DNA from: Raja brachyura
Taxonomy: Eukaryota
Direction: 5' to 3'
Length of the DNA stretch: 64,000 nucleotides
NCBI GenBank assembly: GCA_963514005.1
Contig: OY740790.1
Location: 20,212,001 to 20,276,000 of the forward strand
Part shown: piece by piece, positions 1 to 12,173 of the stretch
Layout: each line of letters begins with the position of its first letter
Numbering within the stretch: position 1 is the first letter of the stretch
Notes under the pieces: model-generated
Told to the model about the DNA's origin: nothing
The model's database searches: none
What the model saw: only the letters and a program-made list of their open reading frames with translations
Translations under genes and position numbers: made by a program

Positions 1-518
1 CGTTTTGTTGCCTTCTGTTGTCCTTTGAAAGTTTACAAATCTTCTGGCTTCCCGCTACTCTTTGCTATGTTATACACCTTTTCCTTTAGTTTTATTCCAT
101 CCCTAACTTCCCTTGCCAGCACGGTTGCCTCTTACGCCCCTTAGAATCTTTCTTCCTCTTTGGAATGAAATGATCATGCATCTTCTGGATTGTGCCCAGA
201 AATTGCTACCATTGCTGTTTCACCATCGATCCTGCTAGGATCCTTTTCCAGTCGACTTTGACTAGCTCCTCTCTCATGCCTTCATAGTCCCCGTTGTTCA
301 ACTGCAACACTGACACTTCTGATTTAACCTTCTCCCTCTCAAATTGCAGATTAAAACTTATCATATTATGGTCACTACTTCCTTTACCTTGAGTTCCCTT
401 ATTAAATCTGGTTCATTAGACAACACTAAATCCATAATTGGCTTCTCTCTGGTAGGCTCCAGTACAAGCTGCTCTAAGAATCCATCTCGGAGGCACTCGA
501 CAAACTCCCTTTCTTTGG
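1..518 (-). mobile_element. CR1-type LINE ORF2 fragment (end of APE endonuclease and linker)
   Basis: Minus-strand translation EREFVECLRDGFLEQLVLEPTREKPIMDLVLSNEPDLIRELKV resembles the CR1 endonuclease C-terminal motif (FLEQ.V.EPTR...LDLVL.N). Degenerate; runs off the window start. Confidence 0.75.
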
Positions 519-645
519 GTACAGAAGATGTACAGAGATATATGAATGAAAGATATGCATAAAAGTTACAACGATGAAGGAAACAGGCCATTGTTGGCTG
601 TGGGCTAGGTGAAAACGAGTTACAGGCAATGAGACTCAACAAAAC

Positions 646-2596
646 TCAAGAGAGTCAAGAGTCAAGAGAGTTTTATTGTCATTTGTCCCAGATAGGACAA
701 TGAAATTCTCACTTGCTGCAGCACAACAGAATATGTAAACATAATACAGAACGGGAGATAAAAGTTCAGTGTGTCTATAGACCATAGATACACAATAAAT
801 AACAGATAAAGTGCAATAGCAATAATAGACTGTTATTGTTCAGAGCTTATTTGATGTTGTGTTTAATAGCCTGATGACTGGGGAAGAAGCTGTTCCTAAA
901 CCTGAATGTTACAGATTTCAGGCTCCTGTACCTTCTTCCCAATGGCAACGGAGAGATGAGTGTGTGACCAGGATGAGTGTGTGACCAGGATGGTGAGGGT
1001 ATTTGATGATGTTGGCAGCCTTTTTGAGGCAGCGACTGCGATAGATGCCTTCGATGGTGGGGAGGTCAGAACCGGTGATGGACTGGGCAGTGGTCACAAC
1101 TTTCTGCATTCTTTTCCGCTCCTGTACGTTCAAGTTGCTGAACCAGGCCACGATGCAACCAGTCAGTGTGCTCTCTACTGTGCACCTGTAGAAGTTCGAG
1201 AGAGTCCTCCTTGACATACCGACTCTTTGTAATCTCAGGAAGTAGAGACGCTGATGTGTCTTCTTTATAATTGCATCAGTGTGCTGGGACCAGGAAAGAT
1301 CTTCGGAAATATGCACACACAGGAATTTGAAGTTTTTGACCCTTTCCACCATCATCCCATTGATATAAACCGGATTGTGGGTCCCTATCCTTCCCTTTCC
1401 AAAGTCCACAATCAGTTCCTTGGTTTTGCTGGTGTTGAGAGCCAGGTTATTGTACTGGCACCATTTTGTCAATCGGTCGATCTCACTTCTATACTCTGAT
1501 CATCACCATCTGTCATTCGTCCCACAACAGTGGTGTCGTCGGCGAACTTGATGATGGAGTTCTCACTATGTCCGGCTACACAGTCATGAGTATAGAGTGA
1601 GTACAGCAGGGGGCTGAGCACGCAGCCTTGAGGTGCTCCCGTGCTGATTGGTATCGAGGATGACAAATTTCCACCAATACGGACAGACTGTGGTCTGTGG
1701 ATAAGCAAGTCGGGATCCCATTGCAGAGGGATGCGCAGATCCGTGAGTTTGGTAACCAGCTTGGAGGGGATGATGGTATTAAATGCCGAGCTGCAGTCTA
1801 TGAACGACAGCCTAACATACGAGTTTTTGTTGTCCAAGTGGTCCAGAGCGGAGCGGAGCCAGTGAGATCGCATCCATCGTTGACTTGTTGTGGCGGTAAA
1901 CAAACTGCAATGGGTCGAGGTTCTTGTTGAGGTAGGAGTTGATATGCGCCATAATCAACCTCTCAAAGCACTTCATCACCACAGATGTTAGTGCCACTGG
2001 TTGATAGCCATTGAGGCACGTCACCTTGCTCTTCTTGGGCATTATTGTATTATTGATGCTCTTTTAAAGCAGGTGGGAACCTCAGACCTCAGAAGTGAGA
2101 GGTTGAAAATGTTTGCAAAAACTCCAGCCAGTTGGTCTGCACAGGTTTTGAGAATACAACCGGGTATACCATCAGGTCCAGACGCTTTCTGAGGGTTCGC
2201 CCCTCTGAAGGATCTTCTGACGTCGGCCTCTGTGACTGTGACTGAAATGTCATCACGGTGAATGGGGGCTCGGGAAGGCACATCAGTATTCTCCCTATCA
2301 AAGCACGCGTAAAACGCATTGAGCTCGTCAGGGAGGGATGCTTCCCTGTCATTTGAGCTGCCTCCTGCTTTTGCCTTGTAGGAAGCGATGGCATTCAAGC
2401 CCTGCTACAGTTGCCGAACATCCGTCTCATCCTCCAGCTTAGAGCAGAAGTCCCTTTTGGCCATTTCGATGGCCTTACCAAGGTCATATCTGGACTTCTT
2501 GTAGACCTCTGCATCGCCAGACCTGAATGCCCGGGATCTGGTTTTCAGAAGAATGCGGATCTCATGGTTCATCCAAGGAACCATATTCATCAACAA
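646..2596 (-). mobile_element. Rex1/Babar-type non-LTR retrotransposon, 5'-truncated, frameshifted RT
   Basis: Consecutive minus ORFs give [69 protein letters not shown] and WCQYNNLALNTSKTKELIVDF. The 3' end has AATAAA plus a (CTCTTGA)n tail at 646-677. Confidence 0.9.
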
Positions 2597-2657
2597 TATG
2601 GAACAATTTTGAAATGAAATCCCAATTTCACTTCATGCCCCATCTCTCGCCAATTCT

Positions 2658-2832
2658 AGATAGACACAAAAAGTTGGAATAACTCAGCTTTTCCAGACAG
2701 CATCTCTGGAGAAAAGGAATAGGTAACGTCACCTATTGCTTTTCTCCAGTGATGCTGTCTGACCCGCTGAGTTACTCCAGCTTTTTGTGTCTATCTGCAG
2801 TCTATAAGCATCTGCAGTTCCTTCCTACACAT
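2658..2832. mobile_element. Palindromic Penelope-derived short repeat (pseudo-LTR foldback)
   Basis: Arm agatagacacaaaaagttggaataactcagc...gcatctctggagaaaaggaataggt is inverted around gtaacgtcac; ends in catctgcagttccttcctacaca like other copies. Confidence 0.75.
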
Positions 2833-3140
2833 TTTGTCAACTCTAAACCAATCAAAAAATCCATGCCATTCTCTTGGCTATGAATGTGGCCTCCTGCTTC
2901 GAAAGTGGGTGGTATGTCAGTCATTGCATTTAGTGTGCCTTTCTTGTTCAATATGAAGCCAGTGCTTATCTCTCTCAATATATTGAACTGAAAACCACAG
3001 AAGTTCAAATAACATAAGTCTAAGTGTTGGTTACGACTGCTTATGGGCTTATGTGTGTTGAACCCAACTAACCACATGTTTATGCTGCCTCTGTTATAGA
3101 TCCAGCTGTGACTCTTTGCCCCATCCATAGAATCTGTTCT

Positions 3141-3283
3141 TCTTCTTCTTCTTCTTTCGTATGGCGTGCACAGCCTAAAGTTGTTGGTCAACTTGTTCTA
3201 TTTGATCTTCCGTTTGTGCACGTCGAGTTGATTGCATTAGTCGAAACAAGGCGGACCACGTGAAGGTTGCAATCTTCCACCCC
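3141..3283 (-). mobile_element. 143-bp SINE-like non-autonomous retroposon with 5' HDV-like ribozyme and (GAA)n tail (possibly Ingi/Vingi- or RTE-mobilised)
   Basis: Perfect 12-bp TSD agaatctgttct at 3129-3140 and 3284-3295. Minus strand ends ...TGTGCACGCCATACGAAAGAAGAAGAAG. The partner LINE clade is an inference. Confidence 0.85.
3230..3283 (-). ncRNA. Minimal HDV/CPEB3-like self-cleaving ribozyme (54 nt)
   Basis: GGGGUGG-AA-GAUUGCA-ACC-UUCACGU-GGU-CCGCCUU-GUUUCGA-CUAA-UGCAAUC. P1 is 7 bp with a G1.U wobble, P2 is 7 perfect bp, P3 is ACC/GGU, L3 is UUCACGU, and J4/2 contains C followed by UAA. Confidence 0.85.
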
Positions 3284-4047
3284 AGAATCTGTTCTAATTC
3301 TTCATTTAAAACTGGCCGCACTCTCCTCCTTTAAAGACGGCATGAAAATTATTTATTTGATCTTTTGTTTACACCTCTTTCTAATCTTGTCTGACTTTGT
3401 TAAAATATAACATAACTGCAAATTACCACTGTATTGGATTCAAGATGCACCACCAAGATAAGTAAACATTTCACAATTTTGATGAAGTCCTGCATTATTT
3501 ACTCTGCATTTTTATTTTTATTTATTTTCTCTTTTACCCTCTCTGGGGTAAGAGCTGTACCACTGACAGACAGACCACACAATTTCCTATCTCAGCATAA
3601 CATGAGGTATGGTAACGACATGCATGTGGTTCAAAACATGACAACCAAACAAGATGTTGCATTTTTTATAGCTTGCCATTTATGGTTTATTCCTTTCAGA
3701 TACTCATATAATTCTATTACAGGTTATGGTTGACAATTATATTCTTCTTTCTATGTTTAATACACACAAAGGCTGTTGAATAAAATTAAAATGTGCAGCT
3801 ATCAGTAATGTTAGGTGGATTAAATGCATACAAACCCAGGGCGACAAATAATACGCTGTCATCTGGACACCTTGCTACGATTTCATTGTTAATGTAACCT
3901 TTAAGTTAAAAAAATCAAATACTGCTGCCTCTCACTTTTAAATCCTGATTGTGACCATTTATCTCCTGTCTTCTCGTTATCAATGTTTCTACATAAGACA
4001 AAATCCTGAGTTTCAAAAATTATGCTTTGATATCCTTTTTTTAATGA

Positions 4048-4350
4048 GGGCAGCTCAGTGGCGCAGCTGGTTGAGCTGCTACCTCACAGTGCCAAGGACT
4101 TGGGTTCAGTCCTGATCTTGGGTAGTGTCTGTGTGGAGTTTGCAAGTTTTCCAGTGACTCCAGTTTCCTCACATATCCCAAAGACGTGCAGGTTTCCAGG
4201 TTAATTGGCCTCTGTAAATTGCCCTGTAAATGTGTGGGGAGTGGATTAAAAGTAGTATAACATAGAAATAGTGTGAACGGGTATTCGATGGACTTGTTGA
4301 GTTGAAGGGCCTGTTTCCATGTTGCATCCCTAAACTAAAACGAAACTAAG
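4048..4350 (+). mobile_element. tRNA-derived V-SINE (HE1-like)
   Basis: tRNA-like head with A/B boxes (tggcgcagctgg; ggttcagtcc), V-domain-like gtctgtgtggagtttgca, and a CR1-like 3' end with (ctaaa)n tail. Confidence 0.8.
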
Positions 4351-4954
4351 CATAAAGGTGAAAGTGTAGCAACTATGGCAGTTCACTGGTTTTATTGCAA
4401 AAGAACCTGAGAGGAAACAAATCATACTACGAGTTCCGATGATCGTGAACGATTGGTGAAAGCAGGCTCCATTATAACATTGGACAGGAGATTGGATAAA
4501 TACTGGAAGGGGAACCATTTGCAAGGCTATGTTGAAAGAACAAGGTCCTACATAATAGGAGGCATATGTTCGATGGGCTGAATGGCTGCCTTGAATGCAA
4601 AAATATTATTGTAGAATACAATCTATGGGTTTAGACTGAGATTTACACATCAGAATTGTGTTACATTTGCTTTGCATCTCCTGACTTAAGAGTTCCAACC
4701 TAAGCAATGGGGAAAATGTCCCGAGATCTCAATGTTCATCCTGGGGCAGTGAAACTTGCTGGAAAATACACATTATAAATGCTGGTTAGTGACAGGATTG
4801 GACGCAACTAGGGGTTACCTGCCTCGACTGCCAACACTCACTGCCCAATCGCTCATTTGAGAGCTGGTTGTGCCCATGAGACAGCACGAAAGCAGAGTTC
4901 ACCAACTTCAGGAGAAGTGGATGAAAGGGGATAAGTCAGAAGGAAAAGTTATCA

Positions 4955-5270
4955 AGCACAGATCACATCAAAACAACACGGCAACATTTGCAGGGCTGCT
5001 TCTTTGCAGATGTTTGTAATAAATCCACTGTTTGAAAGAGGTGGGTTAGCAAGGAGGTTAAGAAATGAGGAAATAATTAGCCTTTGAATTATTGCCCAAA
5101 AATTATGACGAGCACTGGTTTTTGAAGATAATTGGATATGTCACAGTGTCGTCTACCTTTATTGTACATCAAACTGACAGCTGGTCAGAAGAAAACAATC
5201 TGTTCACTAAGCTTGCTTGCTTGAGCCTTCTCATGAAAGTTATCCATAAAATCTGTTATTATCCGTAAAG
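4955..5270 (+). mobile_element. Very old LINE (CR1/L2-like) RT N-terminal remnant
   Basis: Translation QMFVINPLFERGG...IISL resembles the LINE ANVTPLFKKGG...YRPVSL motif; many stops. Confidence 0.3.
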
Positions 5271-7039
5271 CTCCAATTTAGATCTCGTGGCAGGATGATT
5301 AGTGCAGAACCACGATTGGAATAGAAGATTTTGTACATGGCTAAAGTCTTTGCAAAATCTACAACGAACCACCCCTGCACTGCAGGCACAAAGTCTGCCG
5401 AAACTCACTGTCTACTCTCAGAGCTTAAAGAATTTTGGTGGGTAAGACTGGAAAGAGTTGGTGTACCCCTGGGACTGTGCAGCAGCTCAGTCTAAAGTCT
5501 TTGGGAGGCAAGGATGAAAGGCAAAGCATTTAGCCAAAAAAATTTCAGCACGGATCACATCAAAACATCTCAGTGACATTGTTGGATCAGCAGATGTTTG
5601 TGATAAATCCACTGTTTGAAAGAGCTGGAGCTGGTAAGGGGCTGTTTTTCAAGTTATTGAACAGTGCACTGGGCCCCCTAGAACTGTATCCTATACGAGT
5701 CGGGGGCCTTTGAGGGTGGAGCGGAGAAACTGGGTGAGAGTAAACTTTCCAACGGCATTTGTAAAATGCAATAACTGTGCCTGGTTTAGAGTGAGTCTTG
5801 CAATTTACACACAGAAAGTGAACATCAACATTTTAATTGGTGAATGAAATAGAAGTTAGTGGAGTTTTAAGATGTCAATTTGAAATAAAAGCTTTGTAAA
5901 TTCTGCAGTGTCCTTTTACGCTGTACTTTAGTGGTAGTGATTGACAGTAGTCTCAACAAGACTCACTACTGAGCTGAGGAAAAGCAGTCTTTACAAGCTA
6001 TAATTGTTTATATTCTGTTGAGAAAATGCCTTTCTCCTACTTTAACAGCTAGTGCCTAATACAGTCATCTCTGTGTGATTTAATAGTTCATGGCTGAATA
6101 TTTCTTGCTGTTAGAATTCCAACGATAATTTTCTGCTAAACATATATTCAGATTGATAGGAATTCTGTTTTAAGCCCATAGACTGACAAAGTTTTTAACA
6201 AAGTGTAAGTTTTACACTTTGGGCTGCATCTACAAGCTGACTACAGAATGGAGTGACTTCCATCAAAGTCAGATGGCAAAGGGTCAGATCACTTTTAATT
6301 CACGTGGACGTTTCACAATGCTACCTCTGTTTGTGGAGAAGATTACATTCTTCCAAATGTTACTTTAAACTGAAAGGTTTTCTTGTTCCTACCGACCACA
6401 TGCTCACCCTTTTATTTCAAATCCACTCCCTTACCTCGTCCCACCACTTCCTAAATGATAAATTGAAATCTAGTGATGAAAAATAATTTCCCCTGCTGTG
6501 TCCGCTGTCTGATTGTTTCTCCTTTCCACTTTTCACCTTGCCTTCCTATGTGTAGGTGGTGGCTAAAGTTGTGGGTCCAGTAACAAGTAGTTACTCATTA
6601 GGTAGAGTTGGTCGAGGAAAGGCTGCTGAGTGAATTGCAAAATCATTTACCAAGTTTCTTAAAAAAAAAAAGTAGATTTACTGTTATTTTCAGTACCTTT
6701 TTCTGACAAACTCTATTGTCGTGTGTTGGAGACTATATATCCATAAGTTGTTTGTATTTTTGGTAGAAAAGGAGCTTTGCAATAGATTGGAGGTTGTTTT
6801 TAGTGCAATGGCATCAACAGTTCCAGCTCTTCTTGGAAAGGCACCAAATCATTCAGCAGAACTGTTGCAAAGATGACCAGTTTTCAGGGCAGCGAGCCAG
6901 GAGATATTCTCATCTCTGTGCCTTGTGGCCCACAGTTGTCTAGCCTGGCAGTCTCTGGTCATGAGGGAGTGCTGCACTGCTGCGGGTGCAGCCCTCAATA
7001 TTGCTCTGGATGTTTGGTCATTGCACTCTCTGTAGATGG

Positions 7040-7200
7040 CACTCAGATTTAGCTCTAAGGGCTAAAGGAATCGAGGGATATGGGGAAAACGTAGGAATGG
7101 GGTACTTATTTTAGATGATCAGCCATGATCATATTGAATGGCAGTGCTGGTTCGGGGGGCAAATGGCCTACTCCTGCACCTATTTTTCTATGTACTATGT
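7040..7200 (+). mobile_element. CR1 3' end fragment
   Basis: Similar to the 3' UTR of the young CR1 at 16840-16995 (gatcagccatgatcatattgaatggc...cctactcctgcacctatt). Confidence 0.75.
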
Positions 7201-8740
7201 ATCTTCCCAGGGAAGCAGAGTTCTACTGCGCTATCGCCGATCGTCAGCCGGAAATACAGGAAGGACAACCAGTGGCTGAGACAAAGTTGCAGGATGTTGT
7301 TGGATACAACCACATCATTCTCTAGGTATTAATTTAGTAACAACATAAGCAGTGGAAGCAGGATTACACTATTTGGCCCTTTGGTTCTGCTCTATATTTC
7401 AATAAGGCCATGGATGATCTTTTAATCCAAATCCACTAACCTGCTCTTTCCCCATATCCCTTGATTCCCTTTATATCCAAAAATCTACTGCTCCTCAAAA
7501 TTCATTGATCATGAATTCCATAAAACACCATGTTTGTGAAGATTTTTTTTCAGACCTCTCTCCTGAATGGCCAAAACCTTTCATTAGGTTTTCAATGGCC
7601 AAGTACCTCTGGTACTTCACAAATCCAAATATATATTTTATTTTCCTTTTGAGTTGCAGTGGGCTCTTTGACAACTGGCCCCCTTGACTAAATTTGATTG
7701 TCCATTTCGCAAGAGCATTCAGCAGGAGCCATTACATTGTTAACAAGAGTGGGAACTAGGGCTAAGCGCTCTGTTCAATAACCCGATGAGACAGACTGCA
7801 GTGGTCCAATTTCTACCTTGCCAGAAACTGGTGAACTCAGCATGGACCCTGGACCAAGCCAAGTGTCTTCTAGGGTCAGATCCAGACTCAGCACTTCAAT
7901 TATTGACAGCACCACAAGTCAAGCTTTCTGCTAAGTCATTTACGACATTCTAATTGGTGACTAAATGAATGGTGACTCAATGGAGTGGCTTCTCTTCCCC
8001 TCTGATCTCAGTACTGTCGGGGTCACCCAGCAATAAAAGTCGCCTTAGCAAGCAGGAAAGAGCCCTTCACTCAGTTGGCAAAATATTTACCATCTGGATC
8101 GTGGAGGTACATTATGGAATTCCACTCAGACATTTGAATAATGACTTCAGTTTGAATGCCGTACAAAACCACCATGTTCTCCATAAAATTCAGATGAATT
8201 AGGGATGCTGTCAGTGAGTATTTCAAACCAGTAATTACCTCATCTTTACCTGATTACATATTGCTACGCTTAACTTGTTAATAGGCTGTTAAATAGCAAA
8301 CATCCTGAAGAAAACTAAAAGGCCTTTTCAATAAAACTCATCTCGTGTTTCCTTAAGTACACCACTGTGACTGCAGGCATGATGTCTTGGGACCATTCCC
8401 CATCCACCAACTCTCCCCATCCCCCGCTTACATGTATGTGCACCCGATATTGTGATTACACATCTGTTTGGGCCCAGACTGCAGCCTGAAGCACTTTGTG
8501 TCCCCACAGCCAGCTGCTTTCTATCAGCTTGCTGCTTGCTTTGAGAAGGTCAAAAGATCAGAGGGGGAGGAAAGTAGACTGAGAGGAGATGCAGTGGATT
8601 GATAGGGTGAGGAGGGATGAGGAGGATTTCATGGCGTGGGGGAAATATGGGGGGATTGATTAGATTAGGAGAAGATACCAGGAGGTGATTGGAGTTAGGA
8701 ATAAGGGATTATGGGACAGAAATGAAAAAGGAAATAGGGA

Positions 8741-8921
8741 GACAAAGGGACACAAAGTGCTGGAGTAACTGCGGGTCAGGCAGCATCTCTGGAGAACATG
8801 GATTAGCCACATTTCTGAAGAAGGCTCACAACCCATGTTTTCCAGAGCTCCTGCCCGACCCGCTGAGTTACTCCAGCACGTACATTTTTTTGTAAACCAG
8901 CATCTGCAGTTTCCTGTTTCT
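8741..8921. mobile_element. Palindromic Penelope-derived short repeat
   Basis: gacacaaagtgctggagtaact...gcagcatctctggag inverted with cccgctgagttactccagcac...accagcatctgcagtt. Confidence 0.7.
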
Positions 8922-9730
8922 GCAAGCAAATTGGGAGATTGGTCAGAGTGCAGGGTAAGTGGTACTGGGGTGGAAAGATTGGAGGGGATTCTGGTTCGGA
9001 AGAGGAGAAAGGAGATCGGAGGAGGGGAGGTGGCCATTTACCTGCGAATGTCAGTGAAGATCAGGAGATTGGCAAAGAGACCATAGAGAAAGGTGGTACA
9101 GGAAAGAACATGATCCAGACCCACGGCTGGACGAGGATGTGCATCAAGGCCACAGGGTAGTGGTGGTTGAGGCAACAAAGATGTTCCTAATGTTCCTCTC
9201 AGATCAACCTGGAGTATGTTGTTCCAACCCCTCCCCCAACACCATGTCCTCTTCTTTATATTTGCAACACAGATTCATACAAATGGCAGTCAGGCCATTT
9301 CACGATGTTCTGGTTGTCTGTGCAGCACTAGTGATGTTGGACTGATGGGCATTCCACAAATCACAACAGGTTCCCTGTGCACTTAGTGAAGTAAAAGCTG
9401 TTGTCCACGTGACCTCATACTTTCTAATAATGAACCTGTTGCCTATCTATTACCGAAAACAGACACTTCAAAAGTCCCATTGTCAAACCATTGCATTATT
9501 AATGACACGTGTCGGTTAAAATACTAGAGCAGTAATAACCTGCAGGATAAGAACGTAAAAATCAAGAAAAGCTAGAAATCATTGTGCACTGATTTATCTT
9601 AATCTGTATCTGAGCCATATCAATTATCTGATTGATATCGAGGTGGCACTAGGTGCAAGAGTTGAATTCAGTGCTCTTGAGCCAAATGAATCAGCAAAGG
9701 CATTAATTGTCATTCACCATAAAATGGCTT

Positions 9731-10035
9731 TAGTTTAGTTTATATACAGCATGGAAATAGGCCCTTCGCCCACCAAACGCACTGACCAGCTATCCCCGCA
9801 CACTAGCACTATCCTGCGCACACTAGGGACAATTTGCAATTGTATCAAGCCAATTAACCTACAAACCTGTATGTCTTTGGAGTGTGGGAGGAAACCAGAG
9901 CTCCCATAGAAAACCCACGCAGTCACAGGGAGAACGTACAGGTAAACTCCGCACAGACACCACCTGTAGTCAGGATCAAACCTGGGTCTCTGGCGCTATA
10001 AGGCAGCAAATCTATTGCTGCGCCACCATGCTGCC
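9731..10035 (-). mobile_element. V-SINE
   Basis: Reverse complement of the SINE family, with tail tttagtttagttta and head ...gctgcgccacc. Confidence 0.8.
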
Positions 10036-10084
10036 CTTGGGCAGAAACAAAATGGATGTTGGACAAGGCAGTGATACACTGGTG

Positions 10085-10725
10085 TTGGTATTTGTTTACT
10101 ATTTGTCACATGTCCGTGGTACAGAGAAAAGTTTTGATTTGGGTGCTTTCCAGCAAATGATAGCATCCGTGAGTATATCAGTTTGTGCAAAAGAGAAAAC
10201 AAACATAATGCAGAATATAATGTTAAAGTAACAGAGACAGTGCAGATAAACAAATTTAAGGTTGCAACAAGATAGATTGGAAGATCATAATTCTTCTTTG
10301 GATTATCTGAGTTCCATTCTAAAATCTAATTACAGTGGGGAAGAAGCCGTCCCTGAATGTGGTGGTGCGTGCTGTCAAGCTTTTGTAGCTTCTGCCCGAC
10401 AGGCGAGGGGAGTCAAGAGAGTAACTGGCATGTAAATGGTCCTTGATGATATTGGTCACTTTCCTGAGGAAGCATGAAGTATAGATGGGCTCGACGGGAG
10501 GAAGCTGTTTTGTGTTATGGGCCTATTATGGCATGCAAATCTGCCACAATTGACAGGTGTCTCTGTAGTTAGTCTGGGACTCTGGCATGATGTTGATTTT
10601 CCACTTGGCTCTTTGATGGCTTTACAAAGGTAGTATCTGGATTTCTTATATATTTCTGGATCGCCCGACTTGAACACTCATACTTGGTCTATACTAGCGC
10701 ATGGACCTCACGGTTTCAAGATGGG
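10085..10725 (-). mobile_element. Old Rex/Babar fragments
   Basis: FKSGDPEIYKKSRYYLCKAIKE matches AFRSGDAEVYKKSRYDLGKAIE of the 646-2596 element; 3' part resembles the Rex C-terminal region. Confidence 0.65.
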
Positions 10726-10738
10726 GTTACTAGATTGG

Positions 10739-11035
10739 TTGGCACAGTGGTGCAGCAGTAGAGTTGCTGTCTTACAGTGCAAGCGATCCGGATTCGATCC
10801 CGACTCCGGGCGCTGTCTGTACGGAGTTTCTACAGTCTCCCCGTGACTGCGTGAGTTTTCTCTGGGAGCTCTGGTTTCCTCCCACACTCCAGAGGTGTAC
10901 AGGTTTGTCAGTTAATTGGCTTTGGTAAAAATTGTACATTTTTGTAAGATAGTGTTAATGCATGGAGATCACTGGTCGGCACGGAATCAGTGGGCCAAAG
11001 GGTCTGTTTCCGCACTATATCTCTAAACTAAACAA
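10739..11035 (+). mobile_element. V-SINE
   Basis: ggcacagtggtgcagcagtagagttgctg...gattcgatcc...(ctaaa)n tail; followed by a Penelope-repeat end at 11035-11090. Confidence 0.85.
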
Positions 11036-12173
11036 GTTACTCCAGCCTTTTGTGTCTATCTTCGGTTTAAACCAGCATCTGCAGTTACAACATTTGGTTT
11101 GATTTCATTGGCACCCAGTACTTATTAATGAGACTTTGACAGTAGTGGTGTACTCCTTAAGGTTGGCTGCTGAGTGTTTGTATATGGACCATTTCACCGA
11201 CAGAAAGCACTTTAAGGGTCTTTTGATGTTTCCTGTCCAGTCTCTGAGATAGTTGCTCAGGTAAGGGATTGTATTCAAATATTTCACGAGACGAACAAAT
11301 ATTTTTCATAACTAATCCCTACAAAGGTCTGTGGGCAATCAATTTTGTACGATTTCACTGGCTTTCCTTTATCTGGCTGTTAAAAGCTACTTATCACCCA
11401 CAACATTGTCCAGAATCTGCTACAGATGTTTCCATGGTGGATACAGCCGTAATGTCATGGAAAGCTTCTGCACATTTTCAACTAAAATTTAAGCAACCTA
11501 AGTTTATATTTCTCTGGTGCCTGTCAAATAGTATATATATCACAATAGTGTTGGAGGAGAATGTATTTTTTTTTAATGCAATCAGTTTGTACAACTTTAA
11601 AATAACTCTGGAGGAAATGATCACAACTTTTTTTTTACAACATGCAAACTGGATGGTCTGTTTCTTATCATTTTACTTCACAGACTAAATAGCGCAAGGT
11701 TGCATAAGCTTTGCATTGTTAGAGTCATGAGGGAAAGGGGAGGGAAAGGGAAAAGAAGGCCATGGATGAACGAGTAAAATGTTCACTTACTTAGTTTCCC
11801 CCCCCCCCCCCCCCCCCCCGATACACACTTTCAAAATAAGCAGCTTCAAATTCTCTAAGTACATTTTGTTTTGCTTGGTTAATTTCTGGGTAAAGTTTTC
11901 CTTACAAGTTGGATTAATGGCAGTAGACATCAGGACAGTGAGTAATACACATTCATCCACTAGGAAGAGATAATTATTGCTCAATGGGGACAGGGGGTGA
12001 TGTTATAAATGTTGGAATTACGAATAGGGGGGAAAAAAGCATTTTTATCAGTGGTATGATCTTAAATCAGAAGAAAGCACAGGGATGTTGGAACAGAGGG
12101 GGGAAAATCCTTAAAAATCAATATTGCACTTGGATTTGTATCCAAAATGACAAAACGAAAACTTTGAACATTG

